Assembly (NCBI GenBank): GCA_036002305.1
Contig: DASYTL010000035.1
Coordinates: forward strand, 149,444-213,443
Source of the DNA: Candidatus Limnocylindria bacterium
GTDB lineage: Bacteria; Chloroflexota; Limnocylindria; P2-11E
Direction: 5' to 3'
Length of the DNA: 64,000 nt
The position numbers and the translations under genes are program-made. Below the pieces are notes generated by a model. That model saw only the letters and a list, made by a program, of their open reading frames with translations, searched no databases and was not told the DNA's origin. This document shows, one piece after another, positions 63,633 through 64,000 of the stretch (its first letter is position 1; each line of letters opens with the position of its first letter).

Positions 63633-64000
63633 CTACCCGGCCGTCCGGCGTGGATCGAGAGCGTCGCGCAGACCGTCGCCCATGTAATTGATCGAAAGCA
63701 CCGTGACGAAGATCAGCGCGCCCGGAAAGATCACCCAGTGGGGTGCCAGATCGATGTAGTTCTGCGCGTCGTAGAGCAGCCGACCCCAGGTCGGCACGTC
63801 TGGCGGGAACCCGAGCCCGAGGAAGGACAACGTCGATTCGGTGAGGATCGCGCCGCCGACACCGATGGTGGCCGCCACCACGACGGGGCTCAGCACGTTC
63901 GGGAGGATGTGCTTGATGATGATCCGGCTGTTGGGGGCGCCGACGGTGCGCGCCGCTTCGACGAACTCGCGGCGCTTCAGCGACAGGAACTGCGCGCGGA
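63633..64000 (-). CDS. ABC transporter permease (DppC/OppC-like), C-terminal part; 5' end outside window
   Basis: EFVEAARTVGAPNSRIIIKHILPNVLSP, ESTLSFLGLG, INYMGDGLRDALDPR. Confidence 0.88.
   Translation of the reverse strand, partial: RAQFLSLKRREFVEAARTVGAPNSRIIIKHILPNVLSPVVVAATIGVGGAILTESTLSFLGLGFPPDVPTWGRLLYDAQNYIDLAPHWVIFPGALIFVTVLSINYMGDGLRDALDPRRTAG

Noticed and set aside
1-64000. rRNA, tRNA, tmRNA, CRISPR arrays, or IS elements with inverted repeats.
   Set aside because: Intergenic spaces are few and short, the longest being about 250 nt. None shows a cloverleaf-like or repeat-spacer structure on inspection. This scan was by eye only, so small ncRNAs could be missed.

Overview
High-GC (about 70%) bacterial chromosomal segment, densely packed with housekeeping genes that are mostly on the minus strand. 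No rRNA, tRNA, CRISPR array or intact mobile element was found. I ran no database searches, so every family call comes from motifs read by eye.

Recognisable blocks:
- Aspartate-family genes: asd, aspartate kinase-hom, a ThrC-like/ThiS-like pair, and aminotransferase-ilvA.
- A long minus-strand run: ftsK-rodZ-pgsA-cinA-MTase-hom-lysC.
- rnj-udg, and rpsO-pnp followed by a GT2/ChbG/methyltransferase module.
- A plus-strand hisZGDBHF-IE operon.
- nusA-ylxR-infB-rbfA-nrnA-truB-(GT-C-like membrane protein)-ribF.
- yebC-ruvC-ruvA, an EF-G paralog, tyrS, a class A PBP, mutS2 and mpg.

Main non-routine observations:
1. Two homologous attenuator-like leaders sit upstream of the ThrC-like/ThiS-like pair and of aminotransferase-ilvA. 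Each carries a short uORF whose stop codon lies inside the putative antiterminator. One uORF begins M-P-M-S-M-A-M.
2. Five conserved genes (GT2, ribF, ruvC, truB, mpg) have conserved N-termini with only ATC or CTG available as a start codon, and a sixth predicted ORF (orfX) has only CTG. This sits within pervasive NTGA stop/start coupling that uses all four N.
3. A translationally coupled ThrC-like plus Gly-Gly sulfur-carrier pair may be a MetM/MetO-like homocysteine module.
4. Two decayed genes are present: an archaeal-type PEP carboxylase relic and an ABC-2 permease relic.
5. A strong hairpin with a U7 tract sits about 35 nt upstream of nusA, with no rimP gene and an orphan flp pilin gene upstream.
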